Below are positions 39,970 through 49,932 of a stretch of DNA of 59,155 nucleotides, piece by piece. Within the stretch, counting starts at the first letter, position 1. Each line of letters begins with the position of its first letter. The stretch comes from Acidobacteriota bacterium. Lineage in GTDB: Bacteria > Acidobacteriota > Vicinamibacteria > Vicinamibacterales > 2-12-FULL-66-21. The position numbers were made by a program, and so were the translations under genes. Below the pieces are notes generated by a model. The model was given only the letters and a program-made list of their open reading frames with translations, did not search any database and was not told the origin of the DNA. Where the stretch lies: the NCBI GenBank assembly GCA_039648985.1, contig JBBWZJ010000208.1:1-59155 (forward strand), in the 5' to 3' direction.

Positions 39970-40050
39970 GAGTCCCGAGTCCCGAGTCCCGAGTCCCGAG
40001 TCCCGAGTCCCGAGTCCCGAGTCCCGAGTCCCGTATCCCGGATCCCGAGT
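39970..40050. repeat. Heptamer tandem array (GAGTCCC x9 plus degenerate units)
   Basis: Directly visible. Confidence 0.95.
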
Positions 40051-40109
40051 AATATCTAGCATTCAAACCATTTCGGGTCGGTGGCCCGCGGTTGGGAGCT
40101 GAAACGGTC

Positions 40110-40976
40110 GTGTTACGCGGGTACCTGGAACTCCTGCGCCCGCCGAACGTGATGACGGCAGTGGCGGACGTGCTCGCGGGCTATGCCGTCGCGGGGCTCA
40201 GCAATTCCGCAGCGCTGCCCTGGCTCCTTGGAGCGACCGCCTGTCTCTACGCCGGCGGAGTCGTGCTCAACGACTTTTTCGATCGCCACATCGACGCTGT
40301 CGAACGGCCTGAGCGCCCGCTGCCGAGCGGCCGGGTGCCCGCGCGCCACGCGGCAGCCCTTGGCGGCGGGCTGCTGGTGGCCGGCGTCGTCTTCGCCTTC
40401 CGCGCCACGCCTGCGGCGGGAATCGTCGCGACAGCGACAGCGGCCGCGATCCTCCTGTATGACACCTGGGCGAAACACCAGGGCCCGCTCGGCCCGGCCG
40501 TTATGGGGGCGTGCCGCGGGTTGAACCTGCTCCTCGGCATGGCGGCGGCCCCGGCGGTGATCGCCGGCAGCTGGCCGCTCACGCTCATTCCCTTCACCTA
40601 CATTGCCGCAGTCACGGTCGTCAGCCGCGGGGAAGTCCACGGCGGAAAACGGGGAGCCGCCGCGCTGGCTCTGGTATCGTTGAGTGGGGTGATCATTGCG
40701 CTCGCGTGCGTCTCGGCTGTCGCGGCAGTGGGACGCCGGCTCGGGGCCGGTGCCGTCGCGCTGCTGCTCGCGTGGCGTGTGCTCCCTCCGTTCTGGCGCG
40801 TGTTCAAGGACCCGGCGCCCGGCCCGATCCGGCACGCCATCAGGACAGGGGTACTGTCGCTGGTGCTGGTTGACGCGACCCTCGGGGCCGCATATGCGGG
40901 TCCGCTGTTCGGAGCGGTCGTACTCGCGACGGCGGGCGTCGCGGCGGGCCTCGCCCGGTTGTTTGCGGTTACCTGA
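40110..40976 (+). CDS. eboC: UbiA-like prenyltransferase EboC
   Basis: YLELLRPPN, NDFFDRHIDAVERPERPLPSG, LLYD; ebo context. Confidence 0.88.
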   Translation: MLRGYLELLRPPNVMTAVADVLAGYAVAGLSNSAALPWLLGATACLYAGGVVLNDFFDRHIDAVERPERPLPSGRVPARHAAALGGGLLVAGVVFAFRATPAAGIVATATAAAILLYDTWAKHQGPLGPAVMGACRGLNLLLGMAAAPAVIAGSWPLTLIPFTYIAAVTVVSRGEVHGGKRGAAALALVSLSGVIIALACVSAVAAVGRRLGAGAVALLLAWRVLPPFWRVFKDPAPGPIRHAIRTGVLSLVLVDATLGAAYAGPLFGAVVLATAGVAAGLARLFAVT

Positions 40977-40977
40977 G

Positions 40978-42177
40978 ATGGACGCCATCCTTCAGGAGAT
41001 TCAGGTCTCCTTCCGGTATCCGGTGCACTTCACCACGGGCCTGTTCGCCCCTGCCAACACGCTCCTGCGCGACCTCGTCGCCCGGGCGGGCGCCTCGGGA
41101 CCGAGCCGCATGCTCGTGGTCCTCGACAGCGGCGTCGAGCGCGCGCACCCGCATCTCGTGAGCGCCATCAGTGCCTACTTCGACGCGCACCAGCCGTCAC
41201 TGGAGCTGACCGGACCCGTGCTGGTCATTCCCGGGGGCGAGCAGGCGAAGAACGATCCGGCGCATCTCCAGCGCGTGCTGCAGGCGATCCACGGCGCCGC
41301 GCTGTGCCGCCACTCCTATCTCGTGGCAGTTGGCGGCGGCGCCGTCCTCGATGTGGCCGGGTTCGCCGCCGCGACGGCGCATCGCGGAGTCCGGCTGATC
41401 CGCGTCCCCACGACGGTCCTCGCGCAGGACGACTCGGCCGTCGGCGTGAAGAACGGGATCAATGCCTTCGGCCAGAAGAACTACGTCGGCACGTTCGCGC
41501 CCCCATTCGCCGTCGTCAACGATTTCGCGTTTCTGACGACGCTGGCCGATCGGGACTGGCGGGGCGGACTGACCGAGGCGGTGAAGGCGGCGCTCATCAG
41601 GGACGCGCCGTTCTTCGACTTTCTGGAGGCGCAGGCACCCGCTCTCGTCAGCCGCGACAGCATCGCGATGGAGCAGGTGATCCGCCGGTCGGCCGCGCTG
41701 CACCTCCAGCACATCGCGACGTGCGGGGACCCATTCGAGCTCGGGTCTTCCCGGCCGCTCGATTTCGGGCACTGGGCCGCACACAAACTGGAGCAGCTCA
41801 CCGACCACCGCATGCGCCACGGCGAAGCCGTCGGGATCGGCATCGCGCTCGACAGCACCTATTCGTACCTCGCCGGCTACCTGCCCGAGGCGCAATGGCG
41901 GCGCATCATCGGTCTGATCGGCGCGCTCGGGCTTCCGCTCTACGCTCCCGCGCTCGGAGAGAATCCGGAGAGGCCGGGCGAACCGCGCCCCGTGCTGCGC
42001 GGTCTCGCGGAATTCCAGGAACACCTGGGCGGCCGGCTGACAATCATGATGCTCGAGGACATCGGGCGTCCCTTCGACGTGCACGAGATTGAGACCGACC
42101 GGATGCTGCAGAGCATCGAGACATTGAAAGCGCTCGAGGCGGCGCGCGGCGTGACGACCGCGCAGAAGGCTTCGTGA
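40978..42177 (+). CDS. eboD: 3-dehydroquinate synthase-like sugar phosphate cyclase EboD
   Basis: GGGAVLD, PTTVLAQDDS, DFGHWAAHKLE, HGEAV. Confidence 0.88.
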   Translation: MDAILQEIQVSFRYPVHFTTGLFAPANTLLRDLVARAGASGPSRMLVVLDSGVERAHPHLVSAISAYFDAHQPSLELTGPVLVIPGGEQAKNDPAHLQRVLQAIHGAALCRHSYLVAVGGGAVLDVAGFAAATAHRGVRLIRVPTTVLAQDDSAVGVKNGINAFGQKNYVGTFAPPFAVVNDFAFLTTLADRDWRGGLTEAVKAALIRDAPFFDFLEAQAPALVSRDSIAMEQVIRRSAALHLQHIATCGDPFELGSSRPLDFGHWAAHKLEQLTDHRMRHGEAVGIGIALDSTYSYLAGYLPEAQWRRIIGLIGALGLPLYAPALGENPERPGEPRPVLRGLAEFQEHLGGRLTIMMLEDIGRPFDVHEIETDRMLQSIETLKALEAARGVTTAQKAS

Positions 42178-42200
42178 GCGGCTGACCAGAGCGGGACACC

Positions 42201-42515
42201 ATGACCCCTACATCCTTCAGATCGCCCCTGACCACTTCCCAGATCCTGGATGAGTACTTCATCGAGAACCGTACTCGCCTGCTCGAAATCGCCGCGTTCC
42301 TCGATAGGGTCGATCGCACACCGCCGATGACGGCCGCGGAAGACTTCCGCATGAAGGCCTTCGCGGAAGCCGTGGCTGCGCTGTCTGGTCCCGGGGAGCG
42401 CCTGATGCGGATCCAGCTCCTCCTGAGCGATCGAACCACCGCTCCGCTCGAAAGGCTGGACAGGAAGAGTGCGCGCGGGGCGTACGACCGGTGGGACAAG
42501 GAGGCGCGCTCGTGA
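42201..42515 (+). CDS. Hypothetical protein (104 aa) within the ebo operon
   Basis: Helical [25 protein letters not shown]; GTGA overlap with the next gene. Confidence 0.8.
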   Translation: MTPTSFRSPLTTSQILDEYFIENRTRLLEIAAFLDRVDRTPPMTAAEDFRMKAFAEAVAALSGPGERLMRIQLLLSDRTTAPLERLDRKSARGAYDRWDKEARS

Positions 42516-43348
42516 AGTACATCGACCATCACGCGCACATGGTCTCGCGGACGACCGACGACTACCAGCAGATGGCGCTGACGGGATGCGTGGCGGTGAC
42601 CGAGCCGGCGTTCTGGGCGGGATGGGATCGCAGCTGCGGCGACAGCGTGGAAGATTACTTCCGCCAGCTGACCGAGTTCGAGCCGGGCCGCGCGGCGCAG
42701 TACGGCGTGCAGCACTACACCTGGCTCGCCGTGAACCCCAAGGAATCGGACGACCGGGCGCTGTCGCGGGACGTCATTGAGCGTATCCCGAAGTTCCTCG
42801 ACCGCCCGACGGTGCTGGGCATCGGGGAGATCGGGCTCAACCGCATCACGCGCAACGAGATCGCGACGTACACGGAGCAGGTGGAACTGGCCATTGCACA
42901 CCGCCAGTTGATCCTGATTCACACGCCGCATCTCGAGGACAAGTACAAGGGCACGACGATATCGGTCGACGTGCTCCGGCGGTACCGCGAGATCGATCCG
43001 CAGCGGGTCATGGTCGATCACGCAGAGGAGCACACGATCGAGATGATCCTGGAGCACGGATTCTGGGCCGGCCTCACACTCTATCCCCAGACCAAGATCT
43101 CGCCGCAGCGCGCCGTGGACGTCATCGAAAAGTACGGCCCCGAGCGGATCTGCGTTGCCGGCGCCTGCGATTGGGGCCCGAGCGACCCGATTGCCGTGCC
43201 GCGATTTGCGATGGAGATGCGCCGCCGCCGGCACCCGGAATCGCTCATCCACCGGATCGTCTTCGAGAATCCCGTTCGCTTCCTGAGCCAGTCGCCCAAG
43301 TTCGCGCTGCCGGCCGGTGCGACCGAAGCGACGCCCGCGCGAGTCTGA
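42512..43348 (+). CDS. eboB: TatD-family hydrolase EboB
   Basis: [34 protein letters not shown]; AAGGAGG RBS. Confidence 0.88.
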   Translation: MKYIDHHAHMVSRTTDDYQQMALTGCVAVTEPAFWAGWDRSCGDSVEDYFRQLTEFEPGRAAQYGVQHYTWLAVNPKESDDRALSRDVIERIPKFLDRPTVLGIGEIGLNRITRNEIATYTEQVELAIAHRQLILIHTPHLEDKYKGTTISVDVLRRYREIDPQRVMVDHAEEHTIEMILEHGFWAGLTLYPQTKISPQRAVDVIEKYGPERICVAGACDWGPSDPIAVPRFAMEMRRRRHPESLIHRIVFENPVRFLSQSPKFALPAGATEATPARV

Positions 43349-43361
43349 CGGGAACGACACG

Positions 43362-44582
43362 GTGCAGGTAGGTCGCGACGGCTTCTTCCATCTGACGTAT
43401 TGCACCAACATCCACCCGGGCAACGGATGGACCGAAGTTGATGCGAACCTTCGGCGCTTCGCTCCGGCGCTGAAGAAGCGCCTCTCCCCCGTGCGGCCTT
43501 TCGGACTCGGCCTCCGCCTGTCCGCACGCGACGCCCGCGAACTGCTCGAGGGGCGGCGACTGGACGATCTGCGGGCCTTCCTCGACGCTGAAGGGCTCTA
43601 TGTGGCCCTCATCAACGGGTTTCCACACGGCTCGTTCCACCGCACGGTCGTCAAGGCAGATGTCTACGCGCCCGACTGGCGCCAAGACGAACGCGTGCGA
43701 TACACGCTCGACCTCGTCGCCATCCTGGGCCGGCTGCTCCCGGACGGGATGGACGGAGGCGTGTCGACGGTGCCGTTGTCCTACAAGTTCTGGCTCAACC
43801 GCCCTGACACGCAGCATTGGCGCACCTTCGTCACGAACGTGGTCCTCGTGGTGACCGCGCTCGTCTCTGCCCGGAGAGAGCGCGGCACCTTCATCCACCT
43901 CGACATCGAGCCCGAACCCGATTGCCTGATCGAGCACAGCCAGGAGTTCGTCAAGTTCTTCGAACAGTACCTGCTGCCTGACGGCGCGCCGATGCTCGCG
44001 GCAGCGCTCGGCTGCAGCGTGGACGAGGCCGGCCGCGAGCTCCACGATCACGTGCGGATTTGCCTGGACTGCTGCCACTTCGCCGTCGAATTCGAGGACG
44101 CCGAGGCGGCGCTCGAGCGCCTGGCGCGCGCCGGCATCAAGATCGGCCGGGTCCAGCTCAGTTCAGCGCTGAAGGTGATGTTTCCGGCTGACGAACAGGG
44201 GCGGCAGGCCGTCGCCGAACGGTTGTACGCCTTCGCGGATTCGACGTATCTTCATCAGGTGATCGAACGCCGGGACGGGCACGAGCTCCGGCATTTTGCG
44301 GACCTCGATCAGGCGCTCGCGGCGGGGCGCCCGCCGGCAGGCGCCGAATGGCGGATTCATTTTCACGTGCCGCTCTTTGCCGCGGCGTATGACGGACTCG
44401 GCTCGACCCAGGACTACGTGCGCACCATGCTGGGGATCGCGGCGCGGACGCGCGTGGCCGCTCACTTCGAGATCGAGACCTACACGTGGGACGTCCTGCC
44501 CGCCGCCTTGAAGGGAGACCTGCTCGACTCGATCGGCCGCGAGTACGAATGGGTGCTCGCACACTTCCCCGCCGAGGCCTGA
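43362..44582 (+). CDS. eboE: Metabolite traffic protein EboE (TIM barrel)
   Basis: HLTYCTNIHPG, GLGLRLS, EPEPDC, RIHFHVP, EIETYTW. Confidence 0.92.
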   Translation: MQVGRDGFFHLTYCTNIHPGNGWTEVDANLRRFAPALKKRLSPVRPFGLGLRLSARDARELLEGRRLDDLRAFLDAEGLYVALINGFPHGSFHRTVVKADVYAPDWRQDERVRYTLDLVAILGRLLPDGMDGGVSTVPLSYKFWLNRPDTQHWRTFVTNVVLVVTALVSARRERGTFIHLDIEPEPDCLIEHSQEFVKFFEQYLLPDGAPMLAAALGCSVDEAGRELHDHVRICLDCCHFAVEFEDAEAALERLARAGIKIGRVQLSSALKVMFPADEQGRQAVAERLYAFADSTYLHQVIERRDGHELRHFADLDQALAAGRPPAGAEWRIHFHVPLFAAAYDGLGSTQDYVRTMLGIAARTRVAAHFEIETYTWDVLPAALKGDLLDSIGREYEWVLAHFPAEA

Positions 44583-44616
44583 CTCTGCGACGCCCGCCGG
44601 CGCTCCTCTCATACCC

Positions 44617-45999
44617 ATGCACAAGACCGTGGTCCTCAACGTCGTCGGATTGACGCCACATCTCCTGGGCGCGTCGATGCCGGCGCTCGCGAGATGGAGT
44701 CGCGAAGGCACGCTGGCGCGGATTCAATCCGCCTTCCCGGCCGTGACGTGCTCCGCACAGGCTGACTACCTGACGGGGACGCGTCCCACGGCACACGGGA
44801 TCGTCGGCAACGGCTGGTACTCGCGCGAGGAGGCGGAGGTCAAGTTCTGGAAACAGTCGAACCTGCTCGTCCAGTCACCGAAGATCTACGAGACGGCCCG
44901 CGCGCTCGACCCGTCCTTCACATGCGCGAACCTGTTCTGGTGGTTCAACATGTATTCGAGCGCGGACTACTCTGTCACGCCGCGGCCGATGTACCCCGCC
45001 GACGGCCGGAAGATCCCGGACGTCTACACCAGGCCTTCGTCGCTGCGCGATGACCTGCAATCCACGCTCGGAACGTTTCCGCTGTTCGAGTTCTGGGGAC
45101 CGAGGGCCTCGATCCGCTCCACGCGGTGGATCGCTGACGCGGCCCGGCACGTGGACCTGAAGTTCGATCCGACCTTGACGCTCGTGTACCTTCCGCATCT
45201 CGATTACAACCTCCAGCGGATCGGCCCCGATGATCCGGCCACCGCGAGCGACCTGCGCCAGGTGGACGAGGTCTGCGGCGATCTGATTACGCACTACGAG
45301 TCGCGGGGCGCCCACGTGATCGTGCTCTCGGAGTACGGCATCCGGGCCGTGTCGAAACCCGTGCACCTCAACCGCGTCCTTCGCGAGCACGGGTTCATCG
45401 CATACCGCGAGGAGCTCGGCCACGAGATGCTGGATCCGGGCGCGAGCGCGGCGTTTGCGGTGGCGGACCACCAGATCGCGCACGTCTATGTGAACGACGG
45501 GTCGAAGCTGCACGTCGTCCGCGACATTCTCGAGCGGACGCCTGGCGTGGAGACGGTCCTCGGACGCGAACAGAAGGCGGCCGTCGGGATCGATCACGCG
45601 CGCGCGGGTGATCTGCTGGCGGTCTCAGCGCCGGATGCCTGGTTCACGTATTACTTCTGGGAGAAGGATGATCGTGCGCCCGACTTCGCGCGGACGGTGG
45701 AGATCCACCGCAAGCCGGGCTACGACCCCGTGGAGCTCTTCCTGGATCCCGCCATCCGCGTACCGGCGCTGACAGTCGGCTGGAAGCTCGCCAAGCGAAA
45801 GGCGGGGCTGCGCTCGCTGCTCGACGTCATCCCGCTCGACGCGACGCTCGTGAAAGGGTCCCACGGCCGGCAGACCACGTGGCAGGAGGAAGGGCCTGTG
45901 TTCATCAGCCGTCAGAAGGCGCTGGTCCCCTCGACGCGGATCACCTCGGTGGACGTTCACGACCACATCCTGCGCCATCTGACGACGCCGCGCAGCTAA
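44617..45999 (+). CDS. eboF: Alkaline phosphatase / nucleotide pyrophosphatase family EboF
   Basis: VLNVVGLT, PAVTC, YLPHLDY, SEYG, DHQIAHVY, KGSHG. Confidence 0.9.
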   Translation: MHKTVVLNVVGLTPHLLGASMPALARWSREGTLARIQSAFPAVTCSAQADYLTGTRPTAHGIVGNGWYSREEAEVKFWKQSNLLVQSPKIYETARALDPSFTCANLFWWFNMYSSADYSVTPRPMYPADGRKIPDVYTRPSSLRDDLQSTLGTFPLFEFWGPRASIRSTRWIADAARHVDLKFDPTLTLVYLPHLDYNLQRIGPDDPATASDLRQVDEVCGDLITHYESRGAHVIVLSEYGIRAVSKPVHLNRVLREHGFIAYREELGHEMLDPGASAAFAVADHQIAHVYVNDGSKLHVVRDILERTPGVETVLGREQKAAVGIDHARAGDLLAVSAPDAWFTYYFWEKDDRAPDFARTVEIHRKPGYDPVELFLDPAIRVPALTVGWKLAKRKAGLRSLLDVIPLDATLVKGSHGRQTTWQEEGPVFISRQKALVPSTRITSVDVHDHILRHLTTPRS

Positions 46000-46079
46000 T
46001 GCTGCGCGCTTCGTAGCGCGGAGCTTCAGCTCCGCGTGGGACGTCCCCGACTTACGTAGCGCGGAGCTTCAGCTCCGCG
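45990..46079. repeat. REP cluster (3 copies)
   Basis: Degenerate inverted copy 45990-46012; GTAGCGCGGAGCTTCAGCTCCGCG at 46013 and 46056. Confidence 0.85.
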
Positions 46080-46095
46080 TCAGGAGGCCGGCAGG

Positions 46096-47682
46096 TCAGC
46101 GCGGGGCTGGATTGAGGACGAAGGCCCAGAGTGTGTCGCCCGCGCCGACGATCACATACTGCAGCCCGTCCAGGGTGTAGCTGATTGGCCCGTTGCTGAT
46201 CGAGGCGTTCAGCCGCGCCTGCCAGAGTGCGTCGCCGGTCGTCGCGTTCAGAGCAACGAGGCTGTTTGTGTTGCCGCCGGTGAAGAGCACATTTCCCGCG
46301 GTCGAAATCACGCCGGAGCGGGCGACCCCCTCCCACTTGTGTGTCCAGCGGATCTTCCCCGTCTTGTAGTCGAGTGCGGTCAGCATCGACTCCGAATAGC
46401 CGCCGCGGTCCGTGCCCCCCCAGCCTTGCGGGTTGTCGCTCGTGTCGTAGATGTACCAGATGCTCCACGCCTGCGTGGTGGGCACATAGAACAGCCCCGT
46501 CCGCGGGCTGAAGCTCGGGGGAGGCCAGTTCGCGGCGCCCCCCTGGTCGGGCGTGACGAGCGCGCCGTCGACCTGCGGCGCCTTGGCGGGATTCGGGATT
46601 GGCCGGCCGTCCGGGCCCACCCCGCTGGCCCAGTTGATCTTCACGAAGTCGCTGACGACCACGGGCTGGCCGTTCGTTCGGTCGAGGACGAAGAACTTGC
46701 CGTTGCGTGACGCCTGCGCGACAAGCTTGCGCGGGCGGCCGTTCGCCGTATCGTCTATGAGCACGGGCGTCTGCGTCGCGTCCCAGTCGTGGGTGTCATG
46801 CGGTGACGCCTGGAAGTACCACGCCATCTTCCCTGTGTCGACGTCGAGCGCCACGATGGACGCCGTGAAGAGGTTGTCGCCGGGACGATTTGCGTACGCC
46901 ACCACCGGCTGGGGATTACCGGTCGCCACGTAGATCAGGTTCAGGTCGGGGTCATACGTGACCGGCTGCCAGGTCATGCCTCCGCCGTGCTTCGCCGCTT
47001 CTTCATTCGGCCAGCTGTCCGACCCCGGGTCGCCCTTCTTCTGCGGGACGACGTACCATCGCCACTGCCGCTCACCCGTGACCGGATCATGCGACTCGAC
47101 GTACCCGGGAATGTCCAGGTCGTCGCCGCTGACGCCGGCAATCACGTGGTTCTTGATCGCGACTGGCGCGGCGGTTCCGAAGTAATACAGATCGAGATCG
47201 CAGATGGGTTTGTGCCAGCGCTCGGTGCCGTCCTTGATGCTGAGTGCCACGAGGTTGCAGTCGGGGGTCTCGAAGTACAGCAACTCGCCGGAGATCGCCA
47301 CCCCGCGATTGCCGATGTGGTCGCCCCCTTTCGAATGCCAGCCGTAGTGCCATCGCTCGCGTCCGGTGCGGGCGTCGACGGCCCACACATGATCGGGTAG
47401 CGAGAAGTACAGGACGCCGTTCACCTGCAGCGGCGTCGCCTTGATCGAGCCGCCGGCCGGCGCCGCGCCTCCGAGGCGGTGCATCCACGCAAGGCTCAGC
47501 GACTGCACGTTCGCGTCGGTAATCTGGTCGAGGGGGCTGAACCGCCGCCCGGAGTAGTCGCCGTTGTAGGTGGGCCAGGAATCCGTCGGCGGCTTCGACA
47601 GCTGTGCCGGATCCACGCCGTCCTGCGCGAACGCTCGGGCCGCACACGTCAGGAGCGCGATCGCGAAAACGAAGCGCGTCAT
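46096..47682 (-). CDS. PQQ-type beta-propeller dehydrogenase (acido-empty-quinoprotein group A-like)
   Basis: WPTYNGDYSGRRFS, KATPL, NRG without vicinal Cys pair, HDTHDWD; signal peptide; ATGA overlap with the cytochrome gene. Confidence 0.88.
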   Translation of the reverse strand: MTRFVFAIALLTCAARAFAQDGVDPAQLSKPPTDSWPTYNGDYSGRRFSPLDQITDANVQSLSLAWMHRLGGAAPAGGSIKATPLQVNGVLYFSLPDHVWAVDARTGRERWHYGWHSKGGDHIGNRGVAISGELLYFETPDCNLVALSIKDGTERWHKPICDLDLYYFGTAAPVAIKNHVIAGVSGDDLDIPGYVESHDPVTGERQWRWYVVPQKKGDPGSDSWPNEEAAKHGGGMTWQPVTYDPDLNLIYVATGNPQPVVAYANRPGDNLFTASIVALDVDTGKMAWYFQASPHDTHDWDATQTPVLIDDTANGRPRKLVAQASRNGKFFVLDRTNGQPVVVSDFVKINWASGVGPDGRPIPNPAKAPQVDGALVTPDQGGAANWPPPSFSPRTGLFYVPTTQAWSIWYIYDTSDNPQGWGGTDRGGYSESMLTALDYKTGKIRWTHKWEGVARSGVISTAGNVLFTGGNTNSLVALNATTGDALWQARLNASISNGPISYTLDGLQYVIVGAGDTLWAFVLNPAPR

Positions 47683-48611
47683 TTCAGGGTCTCCAGGTAA
47701 GCGACGACGTCGTGCATCTGCTTGTCGGTGATTCGCTCGAGCAGGTCGACATGGAACTGGAGCGGGTTGGTGACGACGACGGTTGTGCCCGGCGTGCGTT
47801 TGAACGTCCGCACCGGTCCGGTGGCGTCGCGCAGCGTCACATAGAAATCGTCCTGCTCGAGGCGGACCCCCGTGACGGCCTGCCCGCCGGGAGGCGTGAC
47901 CGTGACCGTGATCGCGGTCTGGGATGGTGCGCCGGTCGCGCCGCCACGGCCACGTCCGCCGATGAACGGGAAGACGAAGCGCTGCTGAATGTTGACGGGC
48001 GTCAGCCGGCTGCCGATGCCGGCCAGATCTCCCGTTGCGGAGTGGCAGGTCGAGCACTTGCCTTCGCCGTTGAAATACTGCGCCCCGCTCTTCGGGTCGC
48101 CCGTCAGGACGTTCTTCACCTCGAACAGCGGCGAGCCGCGCAGCGTGTCGGTCAGGCGCTGCCGGAGAAAGTGTGAGAGCTGGACGACCTGTGCGTCAGT
48201 AAGGGCGGTGCTCGGCTTCCCGCTCTGCATCGGATGGCCTTCCTTCAGGAAGGGACCGAGCCCGCTGCCATAGCGGTCGTGCAGCACCAGGGCGGACCTT
48301 ACGAGGTTGGGGCCCCCGTTCCCGCCACGCGCGTCAGCGCCGTGGCAGCTCACGCACTCGGCGTTCCAGATCGTACGGCCCCGGTCGGCCTCCGCGGGAT
48401 CGACGACCATCTTGTCGTTCGGGCCAGGGCGATCGACGGGCGCGGCATCCCGCCGCTGCGGCGCCGGTCCAGGGGGCGCCTGCGGCGGTCCGCCGGGGGG
48501 CGGCTGCGACGCACCAGGTGCCTGCCCGCGGATTTCGACGGAGGCGAAGGCCAGCGCCCCGGCGACGGCCCAGATCCCCAGGCCCCATGACACGCGCGTT
48601 CGATGACGCAT
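47679..48611 (-). CDS. Diheme c-type cytochrome
   Basis: CVSCH and CSTCH; signal peptide. Confidence 0.9.
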   Translation of the reverse strand: MRHRTRVSWGLGIWAVAGALAFASVEIRGQAPGASQPPPGGPPQAPPGPAPQRRDAAPVDRPGPNDKMVVDPAEADRGRTIWNAECVSCHGADARGGNGGPNLVRSALVLHDRYGSGLGPFLKEGHPMQSGKPSTALTDAQVVQLSHFLRQRLTDTLRGSPLFEVKNVLTGDPKSGAQYFNGEGKCSTCHSATGDLAGIGSRLTPVNIQQRFVFPFIGGRGRGGATGAPSQTAITVTVTPPGGQAVTGVRLEQDDFYVTLRDATGPVRTFKRTPGTTVVVTNPLQFHVDLLERITDKQMHDVVAYLETLK

Positions 48612-48690
48612 CCCTGCTCCCCTGGCCGGCGCCTGCCGGCCTCGCGAAGCATAGGCGAAAATGACGCCGGGTGAAAGAGCGCGGTGTCGC

Positions 48691-48720
48691 TTGACAGCTC
48701 TCGTCCATCACGGCGAGACT
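48691..48720 (+). promoter_or_regulatory. Candidate sigma70 promoter
   Basis: TTGACA-18 bp-GAGACT, 10 nt before the isomerase ATG. Confidence 0.45.
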
Positions 48721-48730
48721 CAGCCTCGCC

Positions 48731-49921
48731 ATGCACTCACCCCAGATCGATCGCATCTGCACAGCACTCGACGAGTTTCGCATCGAGCTCCCGTCGTGGG
48801 GGTTCGCGAACACCGGCACCCGGTTCGGCAAGTTCCTGCAGCCGGCAGCCGCGGCGACGATCGCGGAAAAGTTTGCGGACGCCGGGCACGTGCACGCGCT
48901 GACCGGCGCCTGCCCGACGCTGGCGCTGCACGTGCTGTGGGACTTCGAACACGGCGCACGCAGCGTGGACGCGGTCGCGGCGCTCGGCGAGCGCCACGGC
49001 GTGCAGCCCGGGTCGATCAATCCCAATCTCTTCCAGGACCAGATGTACAAGTTCGGGTCGCTCGGCAATCCCGATCCCGCAGTCCGCCGCGCCGCCGTCG
49101 CGCACATCGTGGACAGCGTGCAGATCGCGGCCGCCCTCCGCAGCCGCGACGTGTCGCTCTGGTTCGCCGACGGCTCGAATTACCCGGGCACCGCCAGCAT
49201 CCGTGCGCGCAAGCACTGGTTCGAGGACGGGTTGCGCGACGTGCATGCCGCGCTCGGACCGGATCAGCGGCTCCTCGTCGAATACAAGCCGTTCGAACCG
49301 GCCTTCTATCACACAGACGTGGCCGACTGGGGGATGGCGCTGCTGTTCGCGCGTGCCGCGGGGCCGCAGGCGCGGGTCCTTGTCGATACAGGGCACCACT
49401 ACCTGGCGCAGAACATCGAACAGATCGTCGCGTGGCTCCTCGCGGAAGACATGCTCGGCGGCTTTCATTTCAACGACCGCCGCTATGCCGATGACGACCT
49501 GACGCTCGGGTCCATCGACCCGTATCAGATCTTCCGCATCTTCCTCGAGATCCGATCGTTCGAGCACGATACCGCCGCACGCGCAGACATCGCGTACATG
49601 ATCGATCAGAGCCACAATCTGAAAGGGAAGATCGAAGCGATGATCCAGACCGTGACCGTCGCGCAGGAGCTCTTTGCGAAGGCCGCGCTCGTGGATCTGG
49701 AGAAGCTGCGCGCGGCGCAGGCCAGCTCGGACCTGGTGGCTGCGGAGTCGCTGCTGCAGGACGCATTCGCAACCGACGTGCGCCCCGCCATCCGCGAGTG
49801 GCGCTCGGCAAAAAAGCTCCCCGCCGACCCGCTGCGGGCGTTTCGTGAAGGCGGCTATCTCGAGCGAATCACCTCGGAGCGCGCGGGCCGCAACGCAGCG
49901 GCCGTGAGCTCGTACGCCTAG
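48731..49921 (+). CDS. L-rhamnose isomerase-like sugar isomerase (xylose isomerase fold)
   Basis: ELPSWGF..TGTRF, LWFADG, EYKPFEP, DTGHH, FHFND, DDDL, MIDQSH. Confidence 0.85.
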   Translation: MHSPQIDRICTALDEFRIELPSWGFANTGTRFGKFLQPAAAATIAEKFADAGHVHALTGACPTLALHVLWDFEHGARSVDAVAALGERHGVQPGSINPNLFQDQMYKFGSLGNPDPAVRRAAVAHIVDSVQIAAALRSRDVSLWFADGSNYPGTASIRARKHWFEDGLRDVHAALGPDQRLLVEYKPFEPAFYHTDVADWGMALLFARAAGPQARVLVDTGHHYLAQNIEQIVAWLLAEDMLGGFHFNDRRYADDDLTLGSIDPYQIFRIFLEIRSFEHDTAARADIAYMIDQSHNLKGKIEAMIQTVTVAQELFAKAALVDLEKLRAAQASSDLVAAESLLQDAFATDVRPAIREWRSAKKLPADPLRAFREGGYLERITSERAGRNAAAVSSYA

Positions 49922-49932
49922 CGGGGGGACTG

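Noticed and set aside
40080-40096. sigma54 promoter for the ebo operon
   Set aside because: TGGCCCGCGGTTGG lacks the GC at -12 and the correct spacing
39593-40102. ORFs with ASGFRLP / EAGSRKP / SPESRVP repeats
   Set aside because: Automatic result of stop-free heptamer arrays being open in several frames; no RBS or domain
40978-42177. aroB of the shikimate pathway
   Set aside because: The ebo context and the HWAAHKLE motif indicate EboD
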